Assembly (NCBI GenBank): GCA_038087875.1
Contig: CM075995.1
Coordinates: 1,428,001 to 1,492,000 of the forward strand
Reading direction: 5' to 3'
Source: Malacoraja senta
Lineage: Eukaryota
Length of the DNA: 64,000 nucleotides
Part shown: piece by piece, positions 25,236-37,325 of the stretch
Layout: each line of letters starts with the position of its first letter
Position numbering within the stretch: position 1 is the first letter of the stretch
Position numbers and translations under genes: made by a program
Notes under the pieces: generated by a model
What the model saw: only the letters and a program-made list of their open reading frames with translations
Databases searched by the model: none
What the model was told of the DNA's origin: nothing

Positions 25236-26120
25236 GTGAACGGTGGACATGCTCACTGTAGCCTGGAGAAAGAGTACTTAAAAGGGGTATATTACTTATG
25301 TAAAAAATGGGAGCAATATTGTGTACAAAATAATATTGACTATAGTACTGCAGGTATTGTGGATATTTTAGAGTTCCTGTTGACACTCTACGATGATGAG
25401 GGGCTCAGTTATAGCACCATTAATACAGCTTTAAGTGCTTTGTCATCGTATGGTTTTGATGGGGTCAGGAAAGATCCTATTGAGTTTCATCATATCATAG
25501 CTGGATTGATGAAAGGAATTTCAACTCTAAACCTCCTAAACCCAGGTATATGGCGATCTGGGATGTAAGTGAGGTACTCAAGTTGCTTCGACAGTAGGTT
25601 CCTGTCATGTCTCTGAATTTGCCAAACTAATCATGAAAGTGGTTATGCTCTTGGCATTGGTTCAGCATAGCAAGTGCAGATTTTGCAAAAACTTCTGCTA
25701 GACAGGATGGAAGTTGCTGAAGAGAATGTTATGTTGTATAATTGCGTTCTGCTTAAGTAGTGCAGGCCAGGTGTCACAGGTTTGTGAAAATTGTGTTTCA
25801 GCATAACCTACTGATCCATGTTTATGTGTAATGGCACATTTATTTTCATTATATTGAAGTTATAAAGACCTTAAGATATGTGGAAATAGCATTGTTTATC
25901 AGTTACATGAAGCCACAGAGGAGAGTGTCAGTGCAGACTATTTTAAAGTTTAAAGCAAATGTTGATTAAGGCAGGTATTAACACTGAAGTGTATATATTC
26001 TTTTTCCACTAGTGCAGCAGCAACATCGTCGGCTAGGGCGATGGATGTTCACAGCGGCCATATTTTTATAGGTGCCGGGTAGTCAAATGAATTATTTTTA
26101 AAAAAATTACCATCGGCCGA
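25236..26120 (+). pseudogene. DIRS tyrosine recombinase remnant
   Basis: KKWEQYCVQ..ILEFLLTLYDDEGLSYSTINTALSALS (integrase N-terminal SAM-like), then KVVMLLALV, LFISYMKPQ, STSAAATS (degenerate HSTRxAxxS). Confidence 0.82.
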
Positions 26121-26732
26121 TCGCCGATCGGAGAGAGGCTGTTTGCAAATTCAGTATTAAGTCCTGTTTAGTTTCCCCTGGGATAGAGGGGTTACTGGTT
26201 GTTTTGATTCTTCAAATCAATTGTTACTGCATGATATTCACATTTCATGTTTAACGCATTATTGATTGTTTCTCATCAAAAGTCAATCAATGCAGTGAGG
26301 CCGGGATTTGGATCTGCGGCATAAAATCACAGAGCTTTGAACCCTTCACGTAGTCACTCACGTGACTCCGAAGTAAAATAGTAAGATTAAACAAGAACTT
26401 ACCAAGTTTGAAGTTTGATCTTTATTTTATGAGGAGTTACGTTGGTGATTACGTGCCCGCCACGCCCAACCCTCTCATAAAGAAGGTCATATGGTAGTTC
26501 TCATGTTGCTCATCTTAATATGTTACTTCAAATATTGTGTTATCTGTAATTTCATACCGCTGCTTTGAAGATTGACGCGCATGCGCCCTGACGGGTCTTC
26601 TTCACGTAATCACCAACGTAACTCCTCATAAAATAAAGATCAAACTTCAAACTGGTAAGTTCTCGTTTAATCTTACTATTCTGGATGTATCTGCCTTTGA
26701 AGTGATGAAGTGATGATCTCGGAAACCACAAC

Positions 26733-27005
26733 AGCAGCGGTAGAGTTGCTGCCCTACAGTGCCAGAGATCCGGGTTTGATCCCGACTACGGGTGCTGGCT
26801 GTATGGAGTTCGTACGTTCTCCTCATGACCCATGTGGGTTTTCTCCGAGATCTTCGGTTTCCTCCCTCACTCCAAAGACGTACAAGATTGTAGGCTAATT
26901 GGCTTGGTGTGAATGTATAAATTGTCCTGTGTGTGTGTGTAGGGTAGAGTTAATGTGCGGGGATCGCTGGTAGGTGTGGACTCAGTGAGCTGAACGGCCT
27001 GTTTC
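26733..27005 (+). mobile_element. V-SINE (HE1-like)
   Basis: SINE consensus. Confidence 0.85.
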
Positions 27006-27007
27006 AA

Positions 27008-27888
27008 AAGACAATAGACAATAGGTGCAGGAGAAGGCCATTCGGCCCCTCGAGCCAGCACCGCCATTCAATGTGATCATGGCTGATCATCCACAATCAG
27101 TACCCCGTTCCTGCCTTCTCCCCATATCCCCTGACTCTGCTATTTTTAAGAGCTCTGTCCAGCTCTCTCTTGAAAGCATCCAGAGAACCAGCCTCCACCC
27201 CCCTCTGAGGCCGAGAATTCCACAGACTCACAACTCTCTGTGTGAAAAAATGTTTCTTCATCTCCGTTCTAAATGCCTTACCCCTTATTCTTAAACTGTG
27301 ACCCCTGGTTCTGGACTCCCCCAACATCGGGAACATGTTTCCTGCCTCTAGTGTGTCCAAACCCTTAATAATCTTATATGTTTCAATCAGATCCTCTCTC
27401 ATCCTTCTAAATTCCAGAGTATACAGGCCTAGCTGCTCCATTCTATCAACATATGACAGTCCCGCCATCTCGGGAATTAACCTGGTGAACCAACGCTGCA
27501 CTCCCTCAATAGCAAGAATGTTTTTCCTCAAATTGGGAGACCAAAACTGCACACAATACCCCAGGTGTGGTCTCACTAGGGCCCTGTACAACTGCAGAAG
27601 GACATCTTTGCTCCTATACTCAGCTCCTCTTGTTATGAAGGCAAACGTGCCATTTGCTTTCTTCATTGCCTGCTGTACCTGCATGCTTACTTTCAGTGAC
27701 TGATGAACAAGGACCCCCCAGATCCCGTTGTACTTCCCCTTTTCCCCAACTTGACTCCAGTTAGATAATAATCTGACTTCCTGTTTTTGCCACCAAAGTG
27801 GATAACCTCACATTTATCCACATTAAACTGCATCTGCCATGCATCTGCCCACTCACTCAACCTGTCCAAGTCACCCTGCATTCTCATA
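27008..27888 (-). mobile_element. CR1-clade LINE 3' fragment
   Basis: ORFs 27097-27684 and 27693-27893 ([31 protein letters not shown]). Confidence 0.92.
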
Positions 27889-28560
27889 GTCATAGAGTCA
27901 TAGGGTGATACAGGCTATTCTGCCCAACTTGCCCACACCAGCCAACATGTCCCAGCAATGCTAGTCCCACCTGCCTGCATTTGGTCCATATCCCTCCAAA
28001 CCTGTCCTATCCATGTACCTGTCTAATTGTTTCTTAAACGTTGGGATAGACCCAGCCTCAACTACCTACTCTGGCAGCTTGTTCCATACACCCACCACTC
28101 TTTGTGTGAAAAGGTTACCCCTTAGAATCCTATCCAAACTTTTCCCCTTCACCTTAAACCTATATCCTCTGGTTCTTGATTCCACTACCCTGTGTAAAAG
28201 TGTAGGAAGGAACTGCAGATGCTGGTTAAAACCGAAGATTGACACAAAAAGCTGGAGTAACTCAGCAGGACGGGCAGCATCTCTGGAGAGAAGGAATGGG
28301 TGACGTTTCGGTTTGAGGCCCTTCTTCGGACTGGTTAGGGATAAGGGAAAGGAGAGATATAGACGGTGATGTAGAGAGATATAGACCAAATGAAGGAAAG
28401 ATATGCAAAAAAGTAACAATGATAAAGGAATCAGGCCATTGTTAGCTGTTTGTTGGGTGAGAACGAGAAGCTGGTGCGACTTGGGTGGGGGAGGGATAGA
28501 GAGAGAGGGAATGCCGGGGTTACTTGAAGTTAGAGAAATCAATATTCATACCACTGGGTA
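27889..28560 (-). mobile_element. CR1 3' fragment followed by a Penelope-like 3' end/pLTR (about 28197-28560)
   Basis: gaagttagagaaatcaatattcatacc (reverse of GMNIDFSNF) and a hammerhead-like motif at about 28301-28330. Confidence 0.8.
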
Positions 28561-28983
28561 AAAGATTCTGTGCATTCACATTGTCTATTCCCCACAGGTC
28601 TCGTTTAAAAGTTATCACTTGGCATCCAATGTAAAGATCAATGCAAACATCACCAAAAAAGCAGCAACTATAGTTAATTTTTACTGTGGCTAGGCATTAA
28701 ATCAGAGGTACCAGGATGGTAAAATAAATCAGATGACAACACTGCTCACTTTAATGTCATCTGCAAAGTCGACGCTAGAACCATAAGCAAAACATAGCGT
28801 GCTGGGGTAACTCAGCTGATTAAGCCACATCTCCAGATTGAAGAAGAGTCCTGACCCGAAACATCATCTGTCCATTTCATCCACAGGTGCTGCCTGGCCC
28901 GCAGAGGTCTTCCAGCAGTTTGCTTTCTTATATATTCCTTAGCCAATCTCCTAACTTCTTTGCACAGATGTTGCCTGATCCAT

Positions 28984-29180
28984 GCGTCGGAAGGAAGTGC
29001 AGATGCTGATTTAAAACAAAGATAGGCACAAAGTGTTGGAGTAACTCAGTGGGACAGGCAGCACCTCTGAGAGAAGGAATGGGTGATTTTTCGGGTCGAG
29101 ACCCTTCTTCAGACTGCGGTTTCTCTCCTTCTCTCAGAGAAACTGCCTGTTCCGCTGAGTTACTCCAGCATTTTGTGTCT
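28984..29180. mobile_element. Short inverted pLTR/hammerhead insertion with 16 bp TSD
   Basis: atgttgcctgatccat at 28968-28983 and 29181-29196; minus-strand pLTR joined to a plus-strand pLTR tail. Confidence 0.8.
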
Positions 29181-29741
29181 ATGTTGCCTGATCCATTTGT
29201 ACCATCTGAACACAGGCAACTGATCCATCCTCTCACAACTAGAGAGCAGTCCTGAACTGAGAGTTAGATAGGGCTCTTAAAGATAGCTGAGTCAGGGGAT
29301 ATGGGGAGAAGGCAGGAACGGGGTACTGATTGGGGATGATCAGCCACGATCACATTGAATGGCGGTGCTGGCTCGAAGGGCCGAATGGCCTCCTCCTGCA
29401 CCTATTGTCTATTGTCTATTGTCTACTCTGTGGATGGCCTGATTGTAATCATGTATTGTTTTTCTGCCGACTGGTTAGCACGCTAAAAGAGATTTTCTCT
29501 GTACCTCAGTACATGTGATGACAAACTAAACTAAACAAAACCTTCTGGTGTAATCCAGCATCTGCAGTTCCTTCCTGCACATTTTGTCTGCTCCACTGCG
29601 AAATCACTTCAAGGTATGCCTACTTTCCCCTCTACGCCACCCATTCCTTCTATCCAGAGATGCTGCCTGTCCTGCTGAGTTACTCCAGCATTTTGTGTCC
29701 ATCTTCAGTGTAATATAGCACCAGTAGTTCTCAAATCAGGT

Positions 29742-30006
29742 CTGGGGGGAGTCCCCCCCGCCACTTGTACCATGTAATCCCGTGCTACCTGCTCCATGGT
29801 CGGATAGTCGGCGACTAAACCTGGTTTGCCAGGTGAGGAGGGGGCTGTGTGTGGATCCCAAGCAGGACCAAACACAAGGCCTGTCAAAGGGCGGATGAGC
29901 TCCCAGCAAGCCAACGGCCATCCACACTTCAGTAGACGTTGGGATCACTGTCGTACATAGCACTGTAAGGCACCGTGCCCATTGATGTTTTCAACGATGA
30001 TGATGT
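29742..30006 (+). mobile_element. Short non-autonomous retroelement, possibly RTE-derived
   Basis: tagtcggcgactaaacc..gcctgtcaaagggcggatgagctc body and a (gat)n tail; interrupts a pLTR; boundaries uncertain. Confidence 0.4.
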
Positions 30007-30146
30007 GTTGCTTCCTACACATCTGCAGTTCCTTCCTGTACTTTGAGTGTTCCCAGTATTTTCCGTATGTATTTCAGGTTGATGGCATCCACAGATTTTG
30101 CTTTTCAAGCACTGACTCTGTGCCAGCCTGGATACTAAGGTGATTA

Positions 30147-30642
30147 GTCTGAAGAAGGGTCTCGACCCCGAAACATCACCCATTACTCCTCTCCAGAGAT
30201 GCTGCCTGTCCTGCCTCAGAGGGCGGTGGAGGCAGGTTCTCTGGATGCTTTCAAGAGAGAGCTAGATAGGGCTCTTAAAAATAGCGGGGTCAGGGGATAT
30301 GGGGAGAAGGCAGGAACGGGGTACTGATTGGTGGGGATGATCAGCCATGATCACATTAATTGGCGGTGCTGGCCTGAAGGGCCGAATGGCCTACTCCTGC
30401 ACCTATTGTCTATTGTCTATTGAATTACTCCAGCTTTTTGTGTCTACTAAGGTAACTAGTCTGAAGAAGGGTTTCGGCCCGAAACGTTACCTATTTCCTT
30501 CGCTCCATAGATGCTGCTGCACCCGCTAAGTTTCTCCAGCACTTTTGTGTACCTCTCCAGAGATGCTGCCTGTCCCGCTGAGTTACTCCAGCATTTTGCG
30601 TCTATCTTCGGTTTAAACCAGCATCTGCAGTTCCTTCCTACA
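30147..30642 (+). mobile_element. Tandem pLTR/hammerhead units interleaved with a CR1 3' end
   Basis: ctgaagaagggtctcgaccccgaaacatc (30149) and ctgaagaagggtttcggcccgaaacgtt (30461); CR1 tail at 30214-30421. Confidence 0.75.
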
Positions 30643-31811
30643 TGTTGTCCTTTGTCCTCCCCACCTTTGTAATGCAGGCATTGTGAGATGCTTCCAGTGT
30701 GCCTTCATACACCTGAACGGCAATTGAACTCTCTGCATCATCACCTGCTCATTCAGCCAACTTGGTTATGAAACAGCGCGTCAATGAGCCACTCGAGCTC
30801 AAGTCTAATCTCTCGAATAAAATGATCACTAAAAGAGCTAGATCTCCCTGCCAATGGTCAAGGGCGATGGAGATGGATATAGTACAAGCCCCAACTACCT
30901 CCTCTGGCAACTCGTTCCATACACCCACCACCCTCTGTGTTGCCCCTCAGGTTCCTATTAAATCCTTCTCTCACCTTAAACTTATGATCTCTTGTTCTTG
31001 ATTGCCCTACTCTGGGCAAAGGACTCTATGCATTCATCCTATCTAACCTTCCTCATGATTTTATACACCTCTATAAAATCACCCCTCGGCCTCCTGCACT
31101 CCAGGGAATGAAGTCCTAGACTGCCCAACCTCTCCCTGTAGCTCAGACCCTCATCAAGTCCTCATCATTCCCCTCTGCACTCTTTTCAACTTAACAATAA
31201 CCTTCCCATAAGAGGGTGAGCAAACCTGAACAATATAACTCCAAATGTGGCCTCATTGATGTCTTGTACACAATGGTAACATTATATCGCACCTTTTGTA
31301 TCAATACAATTCAATTCAATTCAATTCAAGCACTTTATTCATCCCCAAGGGGCAATTTAAAAGGGCGCATTACAGTAGTTATATTTTAAAAAAAGAAAGG
31401 GACACAAACAACGTAACGAAAAGACAACATTCAAAGCTACTCTCTGCACCGACCGGTCGACCGCATGAGCAGTGACCCGGCAAGGATTGGGTTGTCAGCA
31501 GCGATACAATACGAGGGATCCCGGGCTGTAGACGCCGCACCAGCTGGAGCTCTGCAGATCGAGGAAGTGGACTGAACGTTGCTACCTTCCCTCACAGTGG
31601 GAAACGTTGATCCCACTGTGGGGGGATGTTTTTAATGTTAATGTTAAATTCTATAATGTTGTGTTTATTTTATTGGTGTGCTGCAATGGGAACTCAAATT
31701 TCACCGCACCAATTGGTGTGTGACAATAAATGTCCTTTGACCTTTGTCCTTTGAAGGTCCTGCCCTGGTTTGACTTCACTAAGTGTAACATCTGCACTTT
31801 TCTGCATTTAA

Positions 31812-32011
31812 NNNNNNNNNNNNNNNNNNNNNNNNNNNNNNNNNNNNNNNNNNNNNNNNNNNNNNNNNNNNNNNNNNNNNNNNNNNNNNNNNNNNNNNNN
31901 NNNNNNNNNNNNNNNNNNNNNNNNNNNNNNNNNNNNNNNNNNNNNNNNNNNNNNNNNNNNNNNNNNNNNNNNNNNNNNNNNNNNNNNNNNNNNNNNNNNN
32001 NNNNNNNNNNN
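31812..32011. other. Assembly gap (200 N)
   Basis: Run of N. Confidence 0.99.
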
Positions 32012-32612
32012 GACAAGAGTCAAGTCAAGAGAGTTTATTGTCATGTGTCCCAGATAGGACAATGACATTCTTGCTGACTGCTGCAGCACAACAGAATATG
32101 TAAACACAATACAGAACTGGAGATAAAAGTTCAGTGTGTCTATATACCACAGACCATATATATACACAATAAATAAACAGATAAAGTGCAATAGGCTGTT
32201 ATAGTTCAGAGTTTGTTTGATGGCGAGTTTAATAGCCTGATGGCTGTGGGGAAGTAGCTGTTCCTGAACCTGGATGTTCCAGATTTCAGGCTCCTGTACC
32301 TTCTTCCTGATGACAACAGAGAATTGAGTGTGTGGCCAGGATGGTGTGGGTCTTTGATGATGTTGGCAGCTGTTTTGAGGTAGCGACTGCAATAGATCCC
32401 TTCGATGGTGGGGAGGTCAGAGCCGATGATGGACTGGGTAGTGGTCACAACTTTCTGCATTCTTTTCCGTTTCCTGGACGTTCAAGTTACCGAACCAAGC
32501 CATGATGCAACCGGTCAGCAGGCTCTCTACAGTGCACTCGTAGAAGTTCGAGAGAGTCCTCCTCGACATACCGACTCTCCGTAATCTTCTCAGGAAGTAG
32601 AGGCGCTGATGT

Positions 32613-32929
32613 GCAGGGGGAGGATGTGCAGGCCGCAGCAATGTACATGTGCAAGGCGGCATGCCGTGCCGGTGGATGAGGAGTGAGCGGAGAACGGAGC
32701 CCGGCGGCCCGGATACGGATAGCGGGGGGAGACGGAGAGAGAGAGATAGAGAGGGGGGCCCGCCCAGAGTTGAACGGCAGGTGTCCTGCCTTGGCCGGAG
32801 GCCCCCTAGATTTTGAGGCCCTAAGCTTCAGCCTATGAAGCCTAGTGGTAAATCCGGCTCTGCGAGGCCCCCCTAGATCTCGAGGCCATAAGCTTAAGCT
32901 TGTCCAGCTTATACGTAAATCCGGCCCTG
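32613..32929. mobile_element. hAT-like MITE remnant with two tandem terminal segments
   Basis: ggccccctaga..gaggcc..taagctt..gtaaatccggc(t/c)ctg occurs twice (ending about 32861 and 32928); replaces part of the Rex1 RT. Confidence 0.55.
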
Positions 32930-33809
32930 ATCCAATTGCAGAGGGATGCGCAGAGACCCAGATCTGAGATCTTGGTAAACAGCTTGAAGGGGATGATGGT
33001 ATTAAACGCCGAGCTGTAGTCTATGAATAACAGCCTGACATATGAGTTTTTGTAGTCCAAGTGGTCCAGAGCGGAGTGGAGAGCCAGTGAGATCGCATCC
33101 ACCGTTGATCTGTTGTAGCGGTAAGCGAACTGCAGTGGGTCCAGGTTCTTGTTGAGGTAGGAGTTGATATGCGCCATAATCAACCCCTCAAAGCACTTCA
33201 TCACCACAGACGTTAGTGCCACAGGTCGATAGTCATTGAGGCACGTCACCTTGCTCTTCTTGGGCACCGGTATTATTGATGCCCTTTTAAAGCAGGTGGG
33301 AACCTCAGACTTCAAAAGTGAGAGGCTGAAAATGTCCCTTAAATACGCCAGCCAGTTGGTCCGCACAGGTTTTTAGAACAAGACCAGGTATACCATCAGG
33401 TCCAGGCGCTTTCAGATGGTTCACCCCCCTGAAGGATTTTCTGACACGACCTCTGTGACCGTGACCGAAATACAATCACGGCGAATGGGAGCTCTGGAAA
33501 GCGCATCAGTGTTCTCCCTACCAAAGCGTGCGTAAAACGCATTGAGCTCGTCAGGGAGTGATGCTTCGCTGACATTTGAGCTGCCTCCTGATTTCGCCTT
33601 GTAGGAGGTGATGGCATTCAAGCCCCGCCACAGTTGCCGAACCTCCATCTCATCCTCCAGCTTAGAGCAGAAGTACCTTTTGGCCTTTTTGATGGCCTTT
33701 CCAAGGTCGTATCTGACCTTGGAAAGGCCATCAAAAGGCCAAAGGTACTTCTTAGACCTCTAAGCCTGGAGGCCTGAGATGGAGGTTCGGCAACTGTGCA
33801 GGGCTTTGT

Positions 33810-35497
33810 TAGAAACATAGAAACATAGAAAATAGGTGCAGGAGTAGGCCATTCGGCCCTTCGAGCCTGCACCGCCATTCAATATGATCATGGCTGATCA
33901 TCCAACTCAGTATCCCGTGCCTGCCTCTCTCCATACCCCCTGATCCCTTTAGCCACAAGGGCCACATCTAACTCCCTCTTAAATATAGCCAATGAACTGG
34001 CCTCAACTACCTTCTGTGGCACAGAATTCCAGAGATTCACCACTCTCTGTGTGAAAAATGTTTTTCTCATCTCATTCCTAAAAGACTTCCCCCGTATCCT
34101 TAAACTGTGACCCCTTGTTCTGGACTTCCCCAACATCGGGAACAATCTTCCTGCATCTAGCCTGTCCAATCCCTTAAGAATTTTGTAAGTTTCTATAAGA
34201 TCCCCCCTCAATCTTCTAAATTCTAGCGAGTGCAAGCCGAGTCTATCCACTTTCTTCATATGAAAGTCCTGACATCCCAGGAATAAGTCTGGTTAACCTT
34301 ATCTGTACTCCCTCTATGGCAAGAATGTCTTTCCTCAGATTAGGAGACCAAAACTGTACGCAATACTCCAGGTGTGGTCTCACCAAGACCCTGTACAACT
34401 GCAGTAGAACCTCCCTGCTCCTATACTCAAATCCTTTTGCTATGAATGCTAACATACCATTCGCTTTCTTCACTGCCTGCTGCACCTGCATGCCCTCTTT
34501 CAATGACTGGTGTACCATGACACCCAAGTCTCGTTGCATCTCCCCTTTTCCTAATCGGCCACCATTCAGATAATAGTCTACTTTCCTGTTTTTGCCACCA
34601 AAGTGGATAACCTCACATTTATCCACATTATACTGCATCTGCAATGCATTTGCCCACTCACCCAGCCTACCCAAGTCACCTTGCAGCCTCCTAGCATCCT
34701 CCTCACAGCTAAAACTGCCCCCAGCTTTGTGTCATCTGCAAACTTAGAGATGTTGCATTCAATTCCCTCGTCCAAATCATCAATATATATTGTAAATAGC
34801 TGGGGTCCCAGCACTGAGCCTTGCGGTACCCCACTAGTCACTGCCTGCCATTCTGAAAAGGACCCGTTTACACCTACTCTTTGCTTCCTGTCTGCCAGCC
34901 AGTTCTCTATCCACATCAATACTGAACCCCCAATACCGTGTGCTTTAAGTTTGTATACTAATCTCTTATGTGGGACTTTGTCGAAAGCCTTCTGAAAGTC
35001 CAGATACAACACATCCACTGGTTCTCCCTTATCCACTCTACTAGTTACATCCTCGAAAAATTCTATAAGATTCGTCAGACATGATTTACCTTTCTGGGAG
35101 TAGTTATTCAATTGGTCTGCCATGTCCTTGTTCCCCATGATCAATTCACCTGTTTCTGACTGCAAGGGACCTACATTTGATTTAACTAATCTTTTTCTCT
35201 TCACATATCTATAAAAACTTTTGCAGTCAGTTTTTATGTTCCCTGCCAGTTTTCTTTCATAATTTATTTTCCCTTTCCTAATTAAGCCCTTTGTCCTCCT
35301 CTGCTGGACTCTGAATTTCTCCCAGTCCTCTGGTAGGCTGCTTTTACTGGCTAATTTGTATGCTTCATCTTTTGTTTTGATACTATCCCTGATTTCCCTT
35401 GTTTTCCACGGATGCACTACCTTCCCTGATTTATTCTTTTGCCCAACTGGGATGAACAATTGTTGTAGTTCATCCATGCAGTCTTTAAATGCCTTCC
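33810..35497 (-). mobile_element. CR1-clade LINE, 5' truncated, internal deletion near 35095
   Basis: [51 protein letters not shown]; (tttctatg)n tail. Confidence 0.93.
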
Positions 35498-36574
35498 AGT
35501 TAGGAAACACTCTGAAGGTTTTTGTTGGGATGCAGTCCTCCACACATTTCTTTATGAAGTCTGTAACGACTGCGGCGTATTCATTCAGGTCCGTTGCCGA
35601 GTCCTTGAACATTGCCCAGTCTACAGACTCCAAGCAGTCCTGGAGTTGTTCCTCCGCCTCCCCCCCCCCCCTGTTCCACCCTCCCAGCTCTGTACAGTTC
35701 TCACCTCTGGGGGTGCTTTCTTCAGTTGCTGCTTGTAGGCAAGAAGAAGCAGCACCGCGTCATGGTCGGATTTACCAAAGTGAGGGCGAGGGATAGATCG
35801 ATAGGCATCCTTGATGGTCGTGTAGCAGTGGTCGAGGGTGTTTGATCCTCTGGTGCTGCAGGTGACATGTTGGTGGAAGTTTGGGAGCGATTTCTTAAGG
35901 TTGGCTTTGTTGAAATCCCCGGCTATGGTGCTAAATGCCTCGGGGTAAGCCGTCTGGTGCTTGTTGACCACGGCATGTAGCTCCTCCAGTGCCGGGGGTG
36001 GGATGTATACTTCCGCGGTCAGGTTGATGGAGGTGAATTCCCCAGGTGGGTAGAAGGGGCAGCACTTTATCTCCAGATGTTCCAGGTGCGGAGAGCAGGA
36101 GTTGGACAGGATTGCCACGTCTGGGCACCACGAAGAGACACCTGCGTACGGTCCACACGGTGGATGGAGAACCCATCAGGCTGGGCCGCTGAGTCTGGGG
36201 AGCTGGGGGTGAGCCATGTCTCTGTGAAACAGAACACAGAGCATTCCCTCAGCTCCCTTTGGTGAAGCAGCCTTGCCCTTAAGTCCTCCACTTTATTTTC
36301 TAGTGACTGTACGTTGGTCAGTAGGATGGTAGGGAGAGGGGGCCGAAGTCCCCTCCGCTTCAGTCTGACCTGTAGTCCTGCCCGGCGGCCACGTTTCCGT
36401 ACTCCATGAAGACCTCCTCGGTGTTTACAGGTACAGTACTTGCGGGCCACCGCGAGGTCGGGGATTCCCCTGAGATCGGGAATTCCCTCACAGTCGGCAC
36501 CTCCAGAGTTGTACAGCCATGAAACATGCCCACCTTGTCCAAGCCGACTCATGTTGGCTGTGCCGAAAGATATC

Positions 36575-37325
36575 AAACAATAATCAAACCGCCACTGGCC
36601 ACATCTTCCCATCTCCTCCCCTTTCTGCTTTCCGCAGAGACCGCTCCCTCCATAACTCCCTGATCAATTCTTCCCTTCCCACCCAAGCCACCCCCTCCCC
36701 TGGTACTTTCCCCAACAACCGCAGGAAATGCTACACTTGTCGCTTTACCCCCCCCCTTGACTCCATCCAAGGACCCAAGCAGCCTTTCACCTGGCAGAGG
36801 CAGAGGTTCACCTGCACCTCCTCCAACCTCATCCACTGCATCCGCTGCTCCAGGTGTCAACTGCTCTACATCGGTGAGACCAAGCGCAGGCTCGGCGATC
36901 GCTTCGCCCAACACCTCCGCTCAGTTCGCAATAACCAACCTGATCTCCCGTTGGCTCAGCACTTCAACTCCCCCTCCCATTCCCAATCCGACCTTTCTGT
37001 CCTGGGCCGCCTCCATGGCCAGAGTGAGTCCCACCACAAATTGGAGGAGCAGCACCTCATATTTTGCTTGGGTAGTTTACACCCCAGCGGTATGAACATT
37101 GACTTCTCCAATTTCAGGTAGTCCCTGCTTTCTCCCTCTTTCCCCTCCCCTTCCCAGCTCTACCACAGACCACTGTCTCCGCCTCTTCCTTTCTTTTTCC
37201 CGAAAGGGTGTCGACCCTTAACGTCGCCTATTTCCTTCGCTCCATAGATGCTGCCTCACCCGCTGAGTATCTCCAGCATTATTGTCTACCTTCGATGTTT
37301 CCAGCATCTGCAGTTCCTTCTTAAA
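36575..37325 (+). mobile_element. Penelope-like element 3' part: GIY-YIG endonuclease coding remnant plus pLTR
   Basis: KCYTC..FTCTSSNLIHCIRCSRCQLLYIGETKRRLGDRFAQHLRSV..HFN..GMNIDFSNFR* in ORF 36519-37121. Confidence 0.92.

Larger units (their letters stand above)
21891..26680 (+). mobile_element. DIRS1-type tyrosine-recombinase retrotransposon, termini complete, coding region degenerate
   Basis: ITR core 21917-21952 is the reverse complement of 26573-26608. Internal complementary region 26344-26455 matches both outer ends (21891-21925 and about 26603-26680). RNase H, MT-like and YR remnants inside. Confidence 0.93.
32012..36575 (-). mobile_element. Rex1/Babar-clade LINE, near full length, disrupted by CR1 and MITE insertions
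   Basis: KRGRRAG..NVQSLENK..FTETWL (APE), [57 protein letters not shown] (RT), QRLYFLRRL, IIKDPHHPGH; 3' tail at about 32012-32045. Confidence 0.92.

Noticed and set aside
25236..25568. Phage or bacterial integrase (contamination or prophage)
   Set aside because: It lies inside a DIRS element with ITRs, ICR and RNase H remnants, surrounded by vertebrate repeats.
29810..29875. Twister ribozyme (gagggg and gatcccaagc motifs)
   Set aside because: Motif order and pairings did not fit the twister consensus by eye.
31651..32392. ORFs spanning the N run
   Set aside because: Artefacts of translating through the assembly gap.
34578..35633. 351 aa ORF as a functional fusion protein
   Set aside because: Chance in-frame junction of a Rex1 segment with a deleted, frameshifted CR1 fragment.
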